A DNA stretch of 64,000 nucleotides from Sphagnum compactum (GCA_965153455.1 OZ234494.1:496001-560000); one strand, 5' to 3'; shown: positions 27,665 through 41,330, counted from the first letter of the stretch. Numbers and translations are program-made. Notes: a model not told the origin generated them from the sequence alone.

Positions 27665-30600
27665 TTAAAAGTCACATACCAAGAAAGATGGTGTCTTTGT
27701 CCTCTTGGATTTTGACACTTGAAAAGAAGTTTTCTGGTCTTCTTGAAACTCAGAAAACATCTTGTGTACCTGCTTGAGCACCCAACACAAAAAGAATCAA
27801 TTTTCCAATCTGTGTATCATACTCCCAAATCTACACTCAATGCACAGGTTAACACAAGTACACACAACTTGCAGGCCTAACACAGGAATCCAAGGGTAAG
27901 AAACTTTTATCTCTTGCAGAAAATTCACACCTTCAACACATATAGGAGCAGGAGCAAAGACCCACCTTTTTAACACCACTTGTGAGTCCTAGACCATGGA
28001 TGCTGTCTCCATCAACCCACTTTGTGATCAAGCCATTGTGTGATTGCACTTTATGAGCACCATGGCCTTCAACAGCATCTTCTGCACATAATTGTGTTAT
28101 CAGTCTTCAGTCTCTTCCAAGCAGTGAGTAGAAACCTAGACAATAGACATTGAAGAAGACAGCAAACTAAAGCACAACTTTGTTCATCACAGATTGAACC
28201 TATTCTGCAACCCAACCATTTCAGTGACCACATGGTCAAATGTCACTGAAGTGGAAAAAACTTCAATGATTAGTCAGGCCAAATGTATGGAGGATCAGCT
28301 CCTCTATTTACAAGCTCACATCAAGTTTATCATAAGAGCTGAGCCTTGATGGTGAATAGGAAAAAACAAGTAAAGCTACAAGATCTCTCATATGATATAA
28401 AAAAGGCTTGACAAACTTGAAGGTGAGAAAACACTCTCAAATGACCCCCACTGTTGATTTTCAACACTCTCATTCCAAATTCAAATTTTACAGTTGGGAA
28501 GTTATCTGCCTTCCTTAAGAGGATGCAACAAGAGGAAGGAACTTACCAGAAGAATGAAGCAGCAACCATTCAATGGACATATGAAGGCGAATATGTGAAA
28601 AAACATGAGTGTAACATCCAATCTCCTGACGGTTCACCACCCATGAATCCCTTTGGATCTTCAACCCTAAAGTCTCTTCTAGGTATTTGTCCATTTCTGA
28701 CATCCGCATGCTTATTGAAGCATTTGGGCTCTTGAGTGGGGCTGATGGGAACTCCCACAGGCCTGCAAGTAAACCCTGCTGAGGCCTTTGAACCAAGAGG
28801 AACGAGGAGCTTGCATCACTACTATCCAAGTCGAAACTCCTTTCAACTACACATACTGTGACATACTCATTGCGAGGAATTGCCTTCACAACTTTTGTAG
28901 GAAATAGAGTAACTGAGGAGATTTTTTTCTCATTCTGCCCCACAAGGTCTAGCGCCTTGCAGTGGCTTGCAATAGGACAAGAAGCACAAGAAGGGCTGGT
29001 GGGGCTGCATATTGTGGCACCCAGCTCCATTAAGGCTTGATTGAAATCTCCAGGCCTAATTGCATCAACCAACTGTTTTGCCAGAGTCCTGCCATGAGCC
29101 AAGCAAGGAGACAAGGTCAAAATATACATTCTGCCAGATGTCTTTCAAGATGACCCATATTTCTGCAGTCTTGTGCTCTACAACTCATGTAAGTATAGAA
29201 CTCTCTGATTAACATTTTCTTTCTTTCTTTCATATGCCATCCTTCTGCAGGGACCACAATACTGTCTATGAAGGCAAACCCTAATCTGCCACTAGTGTAG
29301 TAAACAGAAAAGGCACTATACAATCTACAAGGCCCTTGAGACGACAACACTCAACAGTACTGTTTGAACAGGAAAGTTCATCATTCTAGTATCAAAACAT
29401 GGGTGTATAGGGCCCACATTGAAACAAATATTATACCAGAAAAGCTTGACTGTGGTGGAGGCTTTAGGGTTCAAAGTTATTGCCCGCAGCCTGCATAAAA
29501 CTCGAATGACATTTCCATCCACCACCGGGACAGCCTGCATGAGCATTTACAACATGCATCAATATGCCAGCAATGGTCTGATTCAAAAATAGCCCTATTG
29601 CAATCAACTCACATAGGTTAGTGGCTATATGTAAACCAACACGTATCTATCATGGTTGGACATCACACAATGGACTGAACTAGTTTCAAAACACCAACAG
29701 TGTTAAGGAGTAGAGAAGAAGACCAAGACAATCATGCCTGCTTGAATGCTATTGAGGCTATAGCACCAGCTGTATAGCTCCCAATTCCAGGTACTTTCTG
29801 CAGCTCCACCACAGTCCGTGGAAATCTTCCTCCTAGGTTGTGTACAATTTGTTTTGCCCCCTGTCCATCACCATTAAATTCAAATTGCTCCCCACTACAA
29901 CTGAATCCAAAGATTGAAATCTGAGAGCTGAAACCAGCAAAGCTGGTGAATTACCAAAATGGGTGGACTTAAGTCCTCCTAGACCTAGCTGTAAAGTACA
30001 TGAACTGGAGATGCTTACAAATTTTGTATAACTTTGGCACTCTCTTGTTGAACAGAATGAAGTGAAATTGGGACCCTGCTGAGAGTACCTCGAGTAGAAA
30101 ACGTGCACGCCGGTAGTAACCCAGCCCTGCCCATACTGCATTCACTTCCTGCCATCATCAGACCCATTCACCAATTTCATGTGTGTTTTGAAGCTAAACA
30201 ACACCTATTGACACTGAACTGTGAGACTCATCAGAAACATCAATCCTTGTTTAGTTTCAAATGTCAACCCCAGATGGATGTTTCAATTCAAGCCCACGCC
30301 CAGTAATCCTAAACCCTACATCACACCATACTTTTGAAACAATAGAACAACAAATTTGCAATTCACGCACACATGCATGCATGCATCATTATGTGCTTTC
30401 TTGAAGGAGATGAAAGGCTTATGATGATAATGACCTCTTGAGATGCTTGAGCAAGGTGAAAAATGCTTGGCCACTTCTCCATCCAGTTTTGGTAGTACAT
30501 AACAACAGTTGCTACCCTGGTTTGTTGGAGCATCATCTCTGACACCCATACTGCGTAAGCCCTCTGCTCTTGGACATCTATCTGCCAGCCAAAAAAAAAA

Positions 30601-31564
30601 AGAATGCTGGTCATTTCCCCATAGAAGCTTGCTGAACCCATGATGCTCATCATTTCAAAGTAGAAATCACTGCAACACAAGATGCTCATTATTTCCGTGC
30701 GGGATACAAGATATTGCAGAGGAGGATTTCCCTACTTTGATTGTATGAGCACAGAATTACCACAAATCTAAAGAACAGGAAAGGGCTTTGCAGGTTTCTG
30801 GAAGAGAAATTGATGCTTACCGGCTGATGATTGTCAGGCTTAGTCGTGGTCGACGTTGCAGCTTTAGGTTGCACATTCTTCTCCTGCTGTTTGACTCCAG
30901 TTCCATCAACAACTACAATAGGAGGAGCTTGCAGAAGAGAGTGAGGATTCAGCCGCCAAGGCAAAACACGATGGTTTCTATCGTACCAGCTCAACAAACT
31001 GCTTCTGATGTCAACAACCTCCTCTGCAGAAAAGGAAAAAGTTTCAAACGGCAGCTGCTGTTGCTGCTGCTGTTGCAAAGGCCAGAAATCTTCGATATCA
31101 TCAGCGGAAGACACCAATGCCAAATTCTCTGCTTCTTCTTCCTCTTCTTCATCTACGTCATCGTCCGCTGCATGACTCCTCGACTTCAGTCGCTTCTTAG
31201 CTGCTCTCAGACGTTTCTTCTCACCATGCTGCTGTTTCCTGTCCACCTTCACCGCCCGCGAAACCCTAACAAGCTCTTGCTTGCGAGTAGTTGTTATTTT
31301 CTCACCTACAAAAGAGGGAAGAAGAATATCATCATCTCCCTCAGCACCATGGCCAAGCTCACAAACCTTGCCACCGATTGAAGCTTTCTTCCCTGTAGTA
31401 CTAGCACTGGATCTACAGGAGCTTTGTGGTTGTTGTTGTTGTGTGGTAATAATTCTACAAGAGCGAGTGATAGGAGCCATAACTGAACCGATGATGATGA
31501 TGACGCTGTTACTTGCTTCCGATGCTGCTGCTGCTGCTGCTGCTGCTGAGACGGCGATTATCAT
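27665..31564 (-). CDS. MUTYH: A/G-specific adenine DNA glycosylase (MutY homolog), 8 exons
   Basis: Exons approx. 31564(or 31480)-30821, 30581-30435, 30148-30089, 29860-29738, 29534-29437, 29088-28547, 28081-27966, 27769-27665. Motifs: [36 protein letters not shown], Hh[43 protein letters not shown], 4Fe-4S Cx6Cx2Cx5C, NUDIX-like [19 protein letters not shown]. Confidence 0.93.
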
Positions 31565-31850
31565 CTCCTCTACTTACAAACTCCATTGTACAACAATTTC
31601 TTCCCTTCTATTTGCCCCTTTTCATTCTCTTCCTCGCAGTGCTGCTCTTGGAAACAAGAGTTCTTTGCCTTGTTTATTCCTCTGCATCCTTGTACTCACT
31701 CGCAGAGCTGCTATTCGGAAAAAAAACAAGGAGCGCATCATCACGTAAGGTATGACTCTCTCTCTCTCTCTCTCTCTCTGTGCCCTCCATTTTATGGCAA
31801 AGTTCAAACTTCAAACCAGAAACAGTTCTGGTTTAGCCAAAGAATGCAAT

Positions 31851-32270
31851 ATTTAGCCAAAAAGCCATATTAAAAAATTAAAACAGCTAAAAAAATCAAG
31901 TGTTTTCTTTAAACATTTTCAATAGCCATACATTGATCACAATTTTTTAAAAAATCGCCAAAATTCTCTACTCGATTCAAGTAGGGTAGCCAAGTGAAAT
32001 AGCAGGATGATGTTTAAGATTTTTTTGCTTTCATATTTCCAAAGAATGGAAAAGACAGTTTGAAACAGCCCTTTTTTTGGCTCTGGCTATATATAGTTAT
32101 TTATTTATTTATTTATTTATATTTATTTAGCCAAAACGCCATACTCAAAATTAAAGTAGCTAAAATCAAGTGTTTTATTTTTAAGATTTTCAATAGCCAA
32201 AAAATCAATCACATTTTCACAAAAATCGCCAAAATTATATATGGGATTCAAGTAGAGTAGCCAAAATTTT
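31851..32270. repeat. Two diverged copies of a ~150-bp AT-rich repeat
   Basis: TTTAGCCAAAA..GCCATA..AGCTAAAA..TCAAGTGTTTT..TTTCAATAGCCA..AAAAATCGCCAAAATT occurs at about 31851 and about 32126. Confidence 0.65.
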
Positions 32271-32699
32271 AAACCATGGAAGTAAATTGTTTCTTGTCCA
32301 CCTATTGCCATACTCCCTGATCGGATTTGGCAACAAGCTGCCGAATAATAATTAATTAATTTTTTTACATTTTAACTTCAACACTTGGTTTTTTTAATTT
32401 TAAATTTTTTTGGCAAGTAATAATAATGGCTATGAAAATAATAAACATATTTTTTGGCTATGTCTATGGGAGAGTCTAATGTGTCTAAACTGTCTCAAAA
32501 CTTGAAGATTCTTAATTTTACAAAAAATTATAAAAATTTCAACACAATTTTTTTAAAAATAAAAAATTCAGCAAAATGAAATTTTAATTTAATTTTTGCC
32601 TTAAGATGCATCTATCTAAGCTCATCTTTTTTTATAATTAATATATGATTTTTTTCACTCCTTAAAAAAAATGAAGGATCAATGGATGGTAGCATATAG

Positions 32700-33950
32700 C
32701 CTCTGACTATTGTCATACATATTCAAGAGTTGGGTGTTGCAACTTGAAAGAACTACCTTCATCTATTGGTCAAATAACAAGTGCTTGACATCTAAAACTT
32801 ACAAGTTGTAAGCTTCACATGTTTACAAATTCACCACTACCATCATCCCTCACCAACACCTTAGAATGGTGGTTTCTCACCTTGTGACATTGAGTGCACT
32901 TGTTACATTCCAAGACTTTTTCATGTGTAGGTAAAATGCTACAACTCTGGCTTGCTAGAAATTGTAATGTCTATCATTTTTTCGACCCAAATAATGCAAG
33001 ACCAACTAGGGTGTTAAAAAACTACAAAGTCATATGGAGTCCTAGCATTCGTAAGATTCACACCGAAATGGTTAATAGATTTACTTAAGGAAGAAAAACC
33101 CATTACCAACAAATCATGGGTTTACAAAACTATGGTAGGAACAGATGGTCAAGTGGAAAATTTGATGACTAGATTAGTAGTCCATGATTTTGAAAATATA
33201 ATCATACCTATCATGAAGTGGGATATAATTCAATTCATATGACTTTCATAGCCTGATGATAGTGGAAGATTTGATGTGTAAATACCAAAATCTAGGAGCA
33301 AATGGAAAGCTATTGAAGGAAAACTTTATGTAGCAACCATAAGGTTTCAAATTACAAGGTCAAGAACACAAAAGTTGTTTTACTTTTGAAAATATGGTAT
33401 GGTTTAGAGTAGGCCTCAAGAGCTTGGTATTCCTGAATCGATGCATCCTTGCACAATGTGGACATACTAGGAATATTGGTCACCATAACCTTTACTTCTC
33501 TGTTTGTAATGGTCTATGTCAATTTCATTTTGTATGTTGATGACCTCCTCTTCACAAGTGGTGAACATGAGTTGATGTTTCCAGAAGGAAACATTAACAT
33601 ATTATTTTGAAATGTCTCCTCTTCGTATCATGACATTGTATATAAGGATGCAATTCATATACCTACTAGAAGGAATCCTTATTTTACGACGTTGCCATGC
33701 CACGAACACTTTACATTACTCCAATGTGTTAAATTACCATTCCTCAATTACACCTATGAATGAAGGGGTTCAACTTTATATTGACGTGGAATTGGAAAAA
33801 ATTGATCCCACAAAATACCAACAACTTGTTGGGAGCGTCATTTTCCTGACGCATAAAAGGTTAAGTGGGTGTATTCACAATTATAAGAGCCACCTCAAGA
33901 GGTGCATAATCCTTAACATTGTATTTTCATTTCTTTGAAATAATGCCATA
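32700..33950 (+). mobile_element. Degenerate Ty1/Copia pol remnant (RT region)
   Basis: Fragments YGLE*ASRAWY (~33400), ILYVDDLLFT (~33530) and KYQQLVGSVIFLT (~33815). Heavily frameshifted. Confidence 0.75.
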
Positions 33951-34072
33951 AGAACACAACAATTTGGAATTTTCTTTTTGGGATGACTTTTATAATTTGT
34001 AAAGTTTCAACCATAGAAATTTAGTTCAAATTTATGAAATTAAAAAAATCTCTTTATATGTTTTAAGCATTG

Positions 34073-34975
34073 TAACATGCCCCCAAACTCTTTAAGAGAT
34101 TCAAATGTGGGTCCCAAAATGAAACAGTAAAAAAAAATAAAAATTGGGGCACACTTCTTACTCGCAACACTTTTAAAGTAGGAGGGCACGCTGAAGCTTC
34201 AAGATGGGATTACGAAGAGCTCACAAACAAAAATTCAAAATGAAATCAATTTACACAACCAAGGACAGAGGGTGATTAGTGTAAATTGAATGCAAATGGT
34301 GCAACAGATTTAATAGGGACAATCTCAAGCACAAGTTTTACATGGCCCACAACCTTTGGGACGAAGCACCACTCCCTTCCCTATAGTATATTTTATGATT
34401 CTTCGCAAGGGCTACATCTAAAAGGCATTTTTTTCTTGGGAGTCCCAAAATTGGGATTTTTACTGTTTCGAAACTTTGGATGTTCATATATTTATTAAAT
34501 CAATATTTTTTGGAGCATATGAAGGCAATATCTTATAGCCCTGAAAAAGATCTTTCCAATGGTGTATTACACATCCCAATTGGAAATGATTTGACCCTTA
34601 TTTTAAGGGGATTTGTGGTTGGGAGTCAAATTCTCAATTTAACTCCTAACCTTTTTTTGATCATAGCTTATGCATTTCAGGTTTAAATGAACAATGCAAG
34701 GGCACTTTAAGCATCTAAATTTCAAGACCTTTCCAATTGTATCTTGGGGGCTCAATTTGATGCTTGTTTGCCTTTTTAACTAAGGATATGAATATTTGAA
34801 ACTCTTATGTGAGTGCCACTCCCAAAGTGGGAATGCACTTGAGAGTCATTGGGCTCAATCTTTTGCATTTTCCCCCACTTGTGAAAGTGTGTTTCACTCT
34901 CGAATGCACTCTCTTGGGCCTTTTGTGCCCTTGCACTACACACTTAGTCACGAACCTGATGTTTGGGTTATGACA
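34073..34975. mobile_element. Old solo LTR, related to the element at 51298-52113
   Basis: Ends GGGTTATGACA (cf. GGTTGCGACA) and shares internal blocks (CACCAC..CCC..TATAGTAT, GGCTACATC, GATCTTT.CAA.GGTGT, GGGAGTCAAA) with 51298-52113. Flanked by ATTG on both sides. Confidence 0.7.
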
Positions 34976-35399
34976 ATTGAGTCGACACTAATTTGTTCAA
35001 AGCCTTAATATTTTGAACATGTTTTTTCTCACTAAAACATTCACCAAATGTTCTCAAATTTATTGTGGGCTCTAATGAACTTTATAAGAAGAGGCACATG
35101 TGTTGATTCTTTTAGGTGCATGTATTGTATTTTGACTTTAAATGTCATTAATGATTAAAATAGCTCAAAATTTGTGACCATGGTTAAAATCAAAGTTATA
35201 AATTTAATCATAATCTAGGACATGATGTAAAATTTTCAAATGTTTATTGTAGTATCTGTGATATTTCAAATTTCAATTGATTTTCAGTACAGAAATAATA
35301 TTTAAAAATAGAGTTTTGATATTTAATAAACCAATACAAAATAAAACCCACATATAAAATGTAGTCCCTGGAAAGAACTCTGACTTTGGCACCCTTGCT

Positions 35400-35760
35400 C
35401 CTTTGAGCGTAAAAGTAGCCTAGGATTGCCTACTTCAAGGTCAATGAGGTTTTGCAAGATTCATGTTGGCACCCCAAGTTGAACATTTTCAAACTAGCCA
35501 AACACATTTTCAAGTATGCCGGAAGGTTGATTGAACATGGGTGGATTCTTTTTAGGCATGAAACAAATGTTATACTCATTGGATACATGGATGTTGTTGA
35601 TTGGGCGCAAGGGGCTTAGAGATTCAACAATCAACACTGGGAATAGTTCTTAAATTTTGGTAGACACTGGTGATGTCGAACAACAAGCTACAATCCACAA
35701 ATGGTGTTTTTGAACATGAAAACAGAATGTCATTCACTTTGTGTGATGGAGTCAAGGACA
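35400..35760 (+). mobile_element. Copia RT-end/RNase H remnant
   Basis: An IGYMDVVDWA-like fragment (GYxDADWA motif, ~35580), followed by a degenerate KLQST..E.E segment. Confidence 0.5.
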
Positions 35761-36034
35761 TTATTGGTGTTTAGTAGTAGTAGTAGTAGTAGTAGTAGAT
35801 GTCTTTGGGGGTCAGATGTGAGAGGGGGGTGTTGTTTCATTTGTATCACCATAGCAAGAAATTGGCTAATGCATTTGTGCTCATGAACACAACTCATGAT
35901 TCTCCATGGCCACCTTTCCAATGGTACCACATCTACTAATGGTGTTGAACTTTGGTCATGTTAAAATACCACTAGACATGCTACCGTAAATAAAATGAAC
36001 TTGATCTAGTGATTGGCAAGTGGGACTAGAGGTA

Positions 36035-37913
36035 TCACCAATAGTCCATGCAAGAACAAACACCATCTTCAAAGTGATGAAAACGATTGGCATCCCGCAC
36101 CATGATGGCTCTCCCAACTATTTTTGAAATGAACTTTGTTGAAGTATGGCAATCATTGCAAACACACAGAGTTTTTTCTTATTCGAAGAGGAGCACCAGG
36201 AGCTGTGTTGATGAGCCTGAATGCAATAGCCAGTTTCTCGCTATTGTGACACAAATGAAATACCTTTCCTTCCTCTTCAACATCATCCAGAACAAATTCT
36301 GTACAAGGCGCATCATACCCAGCAGCATTTTCAGGATCTATTTCAAGAATTCGTTTTGCAATGCGTTCTGCCATCTCCACATTACCATGAATTCTGCAAG
36401 CGCCAAGCAAAGCCATCCAAGCAGCCACCTGTGGTTCACGGGGCATTGCCATGAGCATATTCTCTGCCTCCTGTAGATGGCCAGCATGGCCAAGAAGGTC
36501 AACCATGCAGGTGTGATGTTCCAATTTTGCAGGAATCATGTAGTCTTTTGTCATTGAAGCATACAAGCGCCTGCCTTCATCCACCAGACCTGCATGCTCA
36601 TGGGTACGAGCTGACAGAAGACAAACAAAAGTGACATCATCTGGCTGTCTACCTTCTTCACACATCCATTCAAAATGTTTTAAAGCTTCCTTACCGTGCC
36701 CATGCATGGCACATGCTCCAAGTATAGCATTCCAACTGACCACATTTCGAGATGGCGTCTTGTTGAACACACTCCAAGCATCCTCATTGCTCACACACTT
36801 TGCATACATGTCCACCAAGCTAGGCCCCACAAAGACATCAGACTCAAAACCACTTTGAATGATCTGCTGATGAACACACCTGCCCTCTTCAAGTGCAATC
36901 ATGCTGGCACATGCATTCATCACCCCAACAAAAGTGATAGAGTTTGGCCGCACACCTTCCTGTTGCATTTGTCGAAATAATTCCAGTGCCTTCTGCCCTT
37001 GCCTGCATTGCACATGTCCCAATTATCATGGTGGTCCAAGTGACAACATCTCGAGATGACATCTTGTTGAACACTCTCCAAGCATCCTCAATGCTGCCAC
37101 ATTTTGCGTACATGTTAACCAAGCTACTCCCGAGAAAGACATCAGATTCACAACCATTTTGAATGAGCTGTTCATGAACAAGCCTGCCGTCTTCAAGTGA
37201 TCCTAAACCAGCACATGCCTTGACTGCCTGAACAAAAGTGAATTTGTCAGGACTCATTCCTTCTTGTTGCATTTGTTGGAAAAGCTGCATTGCCTTCTCA
37301 TGTTGCCCAGCCTGTACATATTTTGTAAGCTTCCGATTCCATGCAAAAGGGTGCAATTGCACAATGTCTGGTGCCATTGCAGCCCTCTCTGCTGCCACCC
37401 ATGGTGGGTTTTGTTGGCATACAAGCCAGAGTGCTTCCCCTGTCGTCTTATGTTTGAAATCTGGGTACCTTTCATTTTGCTACAACAAAGATCCAGGTCA
37501 AGCTGATCAGCCATGCATTCTCCACATCCCAGGCATAACTATTAGCATAAGAACAGAAAAAAGGCTGCTCTGACCTTCTTCATCAGCATATTGCATCTAA
37601 TTACCTTCTCAAGCTTACTACAACTATCCCACCAGTGCAAATGATGTGAAAGAACTTCTGCCAACATTTAGCCATGGCATGATAACAACCAAGAGAGAGC
37701 AACAAAATTTGACATCAACAAGACATGTGAATTCTGACAGGATTGATGTCCAGTTACCTTCTCTGCTCTGTGATCCCACCATTGTGAAGGATCCAAAAAG
37801 AACTCCTGCCACTGTTTCTCTCTCGGACCTATAGGTACTGCAGAAAAAGTTCCTTTCAAATCATATAGTTTGATCACAAGGAAGCCATCTCTAGGTTCTG
37901 CGTCCCTGCACAT
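36035..37913 (-). pseudogene. PLS-class PPR-DYW RNA-editing factor with an N-terminal OSB-type PDF motif; frameshifted, with an internal deletion
   Basis: Exon 1 37913-37758 (donor AAG|GTAACT), exon 2 from 37479 (TAG acceptor). P-L-S motifs (LVNMYAKCGSIEDAWRVFNKM, VVSWNAIL..AMHGHG) and E1 (CMVDLLGHAG..WMALLGACRIHGN). The DYW domain ends [25 protein letters not shown] at 36035. One-base insertions at ~37022 and ~36170. Confidence 0.9.
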
Positions 37914-39115
37914 AAGGTGTCCAATTTTTCGATTGGCTTCTGACGGTTTTCAGGTCAAAATCTTTTGGCCAATAAACCAACCACACTTACTGTGAAAAGA
38001 TGCCAGTAGACACAGAGAGAGAGAGAGAGAGAGAGAGGAATAACGCAAGAAACTCACATCTATCTCCTGGTGCATTTGGACTAGTGAATAAAACGGTTGC
38101 CCCTCAGAATGTGTCATGCTTTTGTTTTGTCTGCAATACACTTTCCAGTTGATTTTCAGATTCTGAAAAAATTGGATCTGATAGCTGTCTCTATTGGTAC
38201 TCTGATTTTCTTTATGTCTGAGGAGATTTGCCAATTTGGTAGTGAAATGAGACACAGGCCAGGATGCAAAGTTTTGGGAGGCTGATGATGATGAAGTTTG
38301 CAAGAGATATGGCAGAAATGAGAATGCAGACGACTTTCTCTCTTCACTATCTTGCTCATGCAAATGTGGCTCCAACTAGCTTTTGTTTCTTTATCAGTGC
38401 AACAAGATCTCAAATGTTCTTGGCATAGAAACTTCAATCACAGGAGTCTTCATGCTGGAGTTTCCTTAAGAATTATTCAATTGAGGAAGAATGCTTGATT
38501 GTGGTCTGGCACTAAACCAAGATTGCAGAAGTTGGTCTGTCCAATTTACCCTGAAGTTGATTTCAACCAGCAACCCAAGCAGACATTTGTCTTTCAAAGA
38601 TCATGTACTCAAAGATGAGGGGAGGGGTTTTTGAAGTTATCTGCCCACTGGGATCAGGTCCTTTCTAATAGAGAACTGAAGTGAAGTGTCTAGAGAAGAT
38701 GATGCAATTAGTGACATGCCCCTAATCTGCAAATATGTCTAGCAAAGGCTCTATTGTTGTCAGCTGCCTTGACATTACTCAAGCAGAAATGCTCACTGAA
38801 AAATGCTCAAGGAAAGTGGGAGACATACCATTTGAACTTCACCAGCTTCAGTAGCACCTGCTCGAGTGAGAAGGCATCCTGAATCTTCAAGGACACCCCG
38901 TATTCTATTAGCATGCAATTCAAGGCTCCAATTCAAGAATTTTTGTTGGACAATGTTCTTGGGTGTTAAAGAGTACAACATGTATATACACCCCTAATGT
39001 TACTATTGACACAAATCTATTATAAACTAATCAAAGGGGGGGAGGAACAAAAACTTTGTCAGAACTCAAAAGGTAGCTTGTCTTTGAATGAATTAGCATC
39101 TTGTTAACAAACCCG

Positions 39116-39530
39116 TTTGCAAACTTGTACAAAGATTGAGCTGCATAATTGGTTCACGAAGTGGGTTTGGTTTTTGCTTTTGCTTTTGGGGGCTAGAGTG
39201 TGTGTTTTTTCAATCATGTGATCGAGTAATTTTGTATCACAATCGTTTTCGCAACTCACAATTCTACCATCGTGTTTGTGGTTATCTCAAATGTATTATT
39301 TTCAAGGTTTTGGTTTTGGTTTGCAAACTTGTACACATATTGAGCTGCATAATTGGGTTGTTCACGAAGTGGGTTTTTTTTGGTTTTGCTTTTGGGGTTA
39401 GAGTGTGTGTGTTTTTCAATCATGTGATCGAGTAATTTTGTATCACAATTGTTTTTGCAACTCACAATTCTACCATCGTGTTTGTGGTTATCTCAAAGGT
39501 ATTATTTTCAACGTTTTGGTTTTGGTTTTG
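39116..39530. repeat. ~205-bp direct tandem duplication
   Basis: TTTGCAAACTTGTACA..TTGAGCTGCATAATTGG..CAATCATGTGATCGAGTAATTTTGTATCAC..GTTTTGGTTTTGG occurs twice. Confidence 0.9.
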
Positions 39531-41094
39531 GTTTAGGTTTGTGTTTTGCTTCAAATAAAATTTTTGCTGGTATTGTGTTCCATCCTTTTGACTCGTGCTA
39601 AAACTTCTTAATTGGAGATCTTTATGCAACATGCGAAATTGGAGGGTTCAAAAGTCCTTGCAAGATCATAATCCTTGGTATGAAATAGTTCCATTCTATG
39701 GTCACAATCTTGAGTTTTTTTCATCTTGCATTGAAACATGAAACAATGTTTTCTCAAACAAGGATAGATTGAAGTGTAGTAGAATGGTGAAACAATGAAA
39801 GCCTTTTTTGAACAATGATAAATTGGAGCCCTAAAACAATGGAATTCTAAAGCTTATTAAAAAAGAGTGGACTTTTGAAACCATGATTTTTCAAAGTAAC
39901 ATATTCATGAGTTAGCCTTCTATTTGAAAGTGAAACGATTAAGCATTTTTAAGGTATGGTAATTTTTGGTAAAATTTTGTATTCATGTTTTTTCTTAATT
40001 AACATGAAATAATGAAGATTTCCTCCCTAATGTTTGTTCCATTGCAAGGATTAAATGTAAATGGTGTACAATAATTGTAATTAAATACTCCATAAAAATT
40101 TTTGGGGTTCAAGCTAGCTATGGCAAAGTCCTTTAGATGTGGATTCATTTGTTTGTCTTGTGATTGTGTCAATTGTTTATGTCAATGGGTCACAAGCTCA
40201 TTTTGTCCATGTTATACCTATAGTCCATCCCTTTGGAATGGATTGGCCATTCTTTATATGAATGACAAACAAGGTCAAGCCCATGTATTCAAAGGCAATA
40301 ATTAGGTTAGGTTTTCCTTTAAAACACTTTTTGTTCTTTGAATTTCATCACTTAGAATGAAAAGTTCATTTTTCTTTCAAGGTTGAGCTTCATGGGGTGA
40401 GGAGACACATTCTTTCACACATCCTACCTAAATTGTGTTTTAATCCTAATGCATTGCCATTGACTTGACTTAGATTACCCAAAAAAAAAAAAGTTGAATG
40501 TTGGTATAAGCATTTGTTTTCTACTTAAATAATTATCAAATTATTAATTACTCTTTAATTATCAAATAATTAGTCATTAATCATGGGACTACTTATTTTT
40601 ATATCCATACTTTACGGATTTAGCCAATTTGTGCATGGGTTTGGTTAAGATTAGTTTCAACCCACCTCCTCCTTTCCTTCATATGCATGGTTGAAAATGG
40701 CCACAACATATGCAAAGATACTACCAAACTTGAGCTCTTATGCAACTCTTTAATGAAGTGCTTCACTCGTCTATTGTTATTACCCTACACACACTAAAGT
40801 GATAATTTTGGCTAAAAAGGGTTATTGGGTGTTTGGATGATTTTTAAAAATTTTCATTCATCCACAAACTTTAGTAGAGGCTTGATTTTTAATTTCCCTT
40901 CCCCCTAATAATAATTGAATTTACCAAATTATTGCTCCTGAAACAATATAATTAGAATGGAAATTTTTTGCTAATTACTAGCTACTAAATGTCTTGTTAC
41001 AAGCTCCTCCTCCTCATCACTCCAGGTTATTATACTACCCAGTATCTAGTATCATAAATTAGGTCACTTGGGAAAAAAAAAAAAAAAAAAGAAC

Positions 41095-41330
41095 CCTAGA
41101 AGTTTGATGATTAAGTTTTTTTTATAAAAACCTATAAGTTTGATGATTAAAATCTATTAAAATTTTTTTTTTAAAAACCTTGAAGTTTGATGATAAAAAA
41201 TAAAAAAATAAAAAAACCTAGAAAGTTTGATGATCACAAAAGGACTTAGAAGTTTGATGATAAAAATTTAAAAAATAAAAAACCTAGAAAGTTTGATGAT
41301 CACAAAAGGACTTAGAAGTTTGATGATAAT
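41095..41330. repeat. Short repeat (AAGTTTGATGAT core), about 7 copies with A-rich linkers
   Basis: Motif recurrence seen directly. The last four copies form a ~66-bp duplication. Confidence 0.8.

Noticed and set aside
30788-31873. Antisense ORFs over MUTYH exon 1 (likewise over the BTB, F-box and PPR genes)
   Set aside because: Shadow frames of GC-rich coding sequence with no independent evidence.
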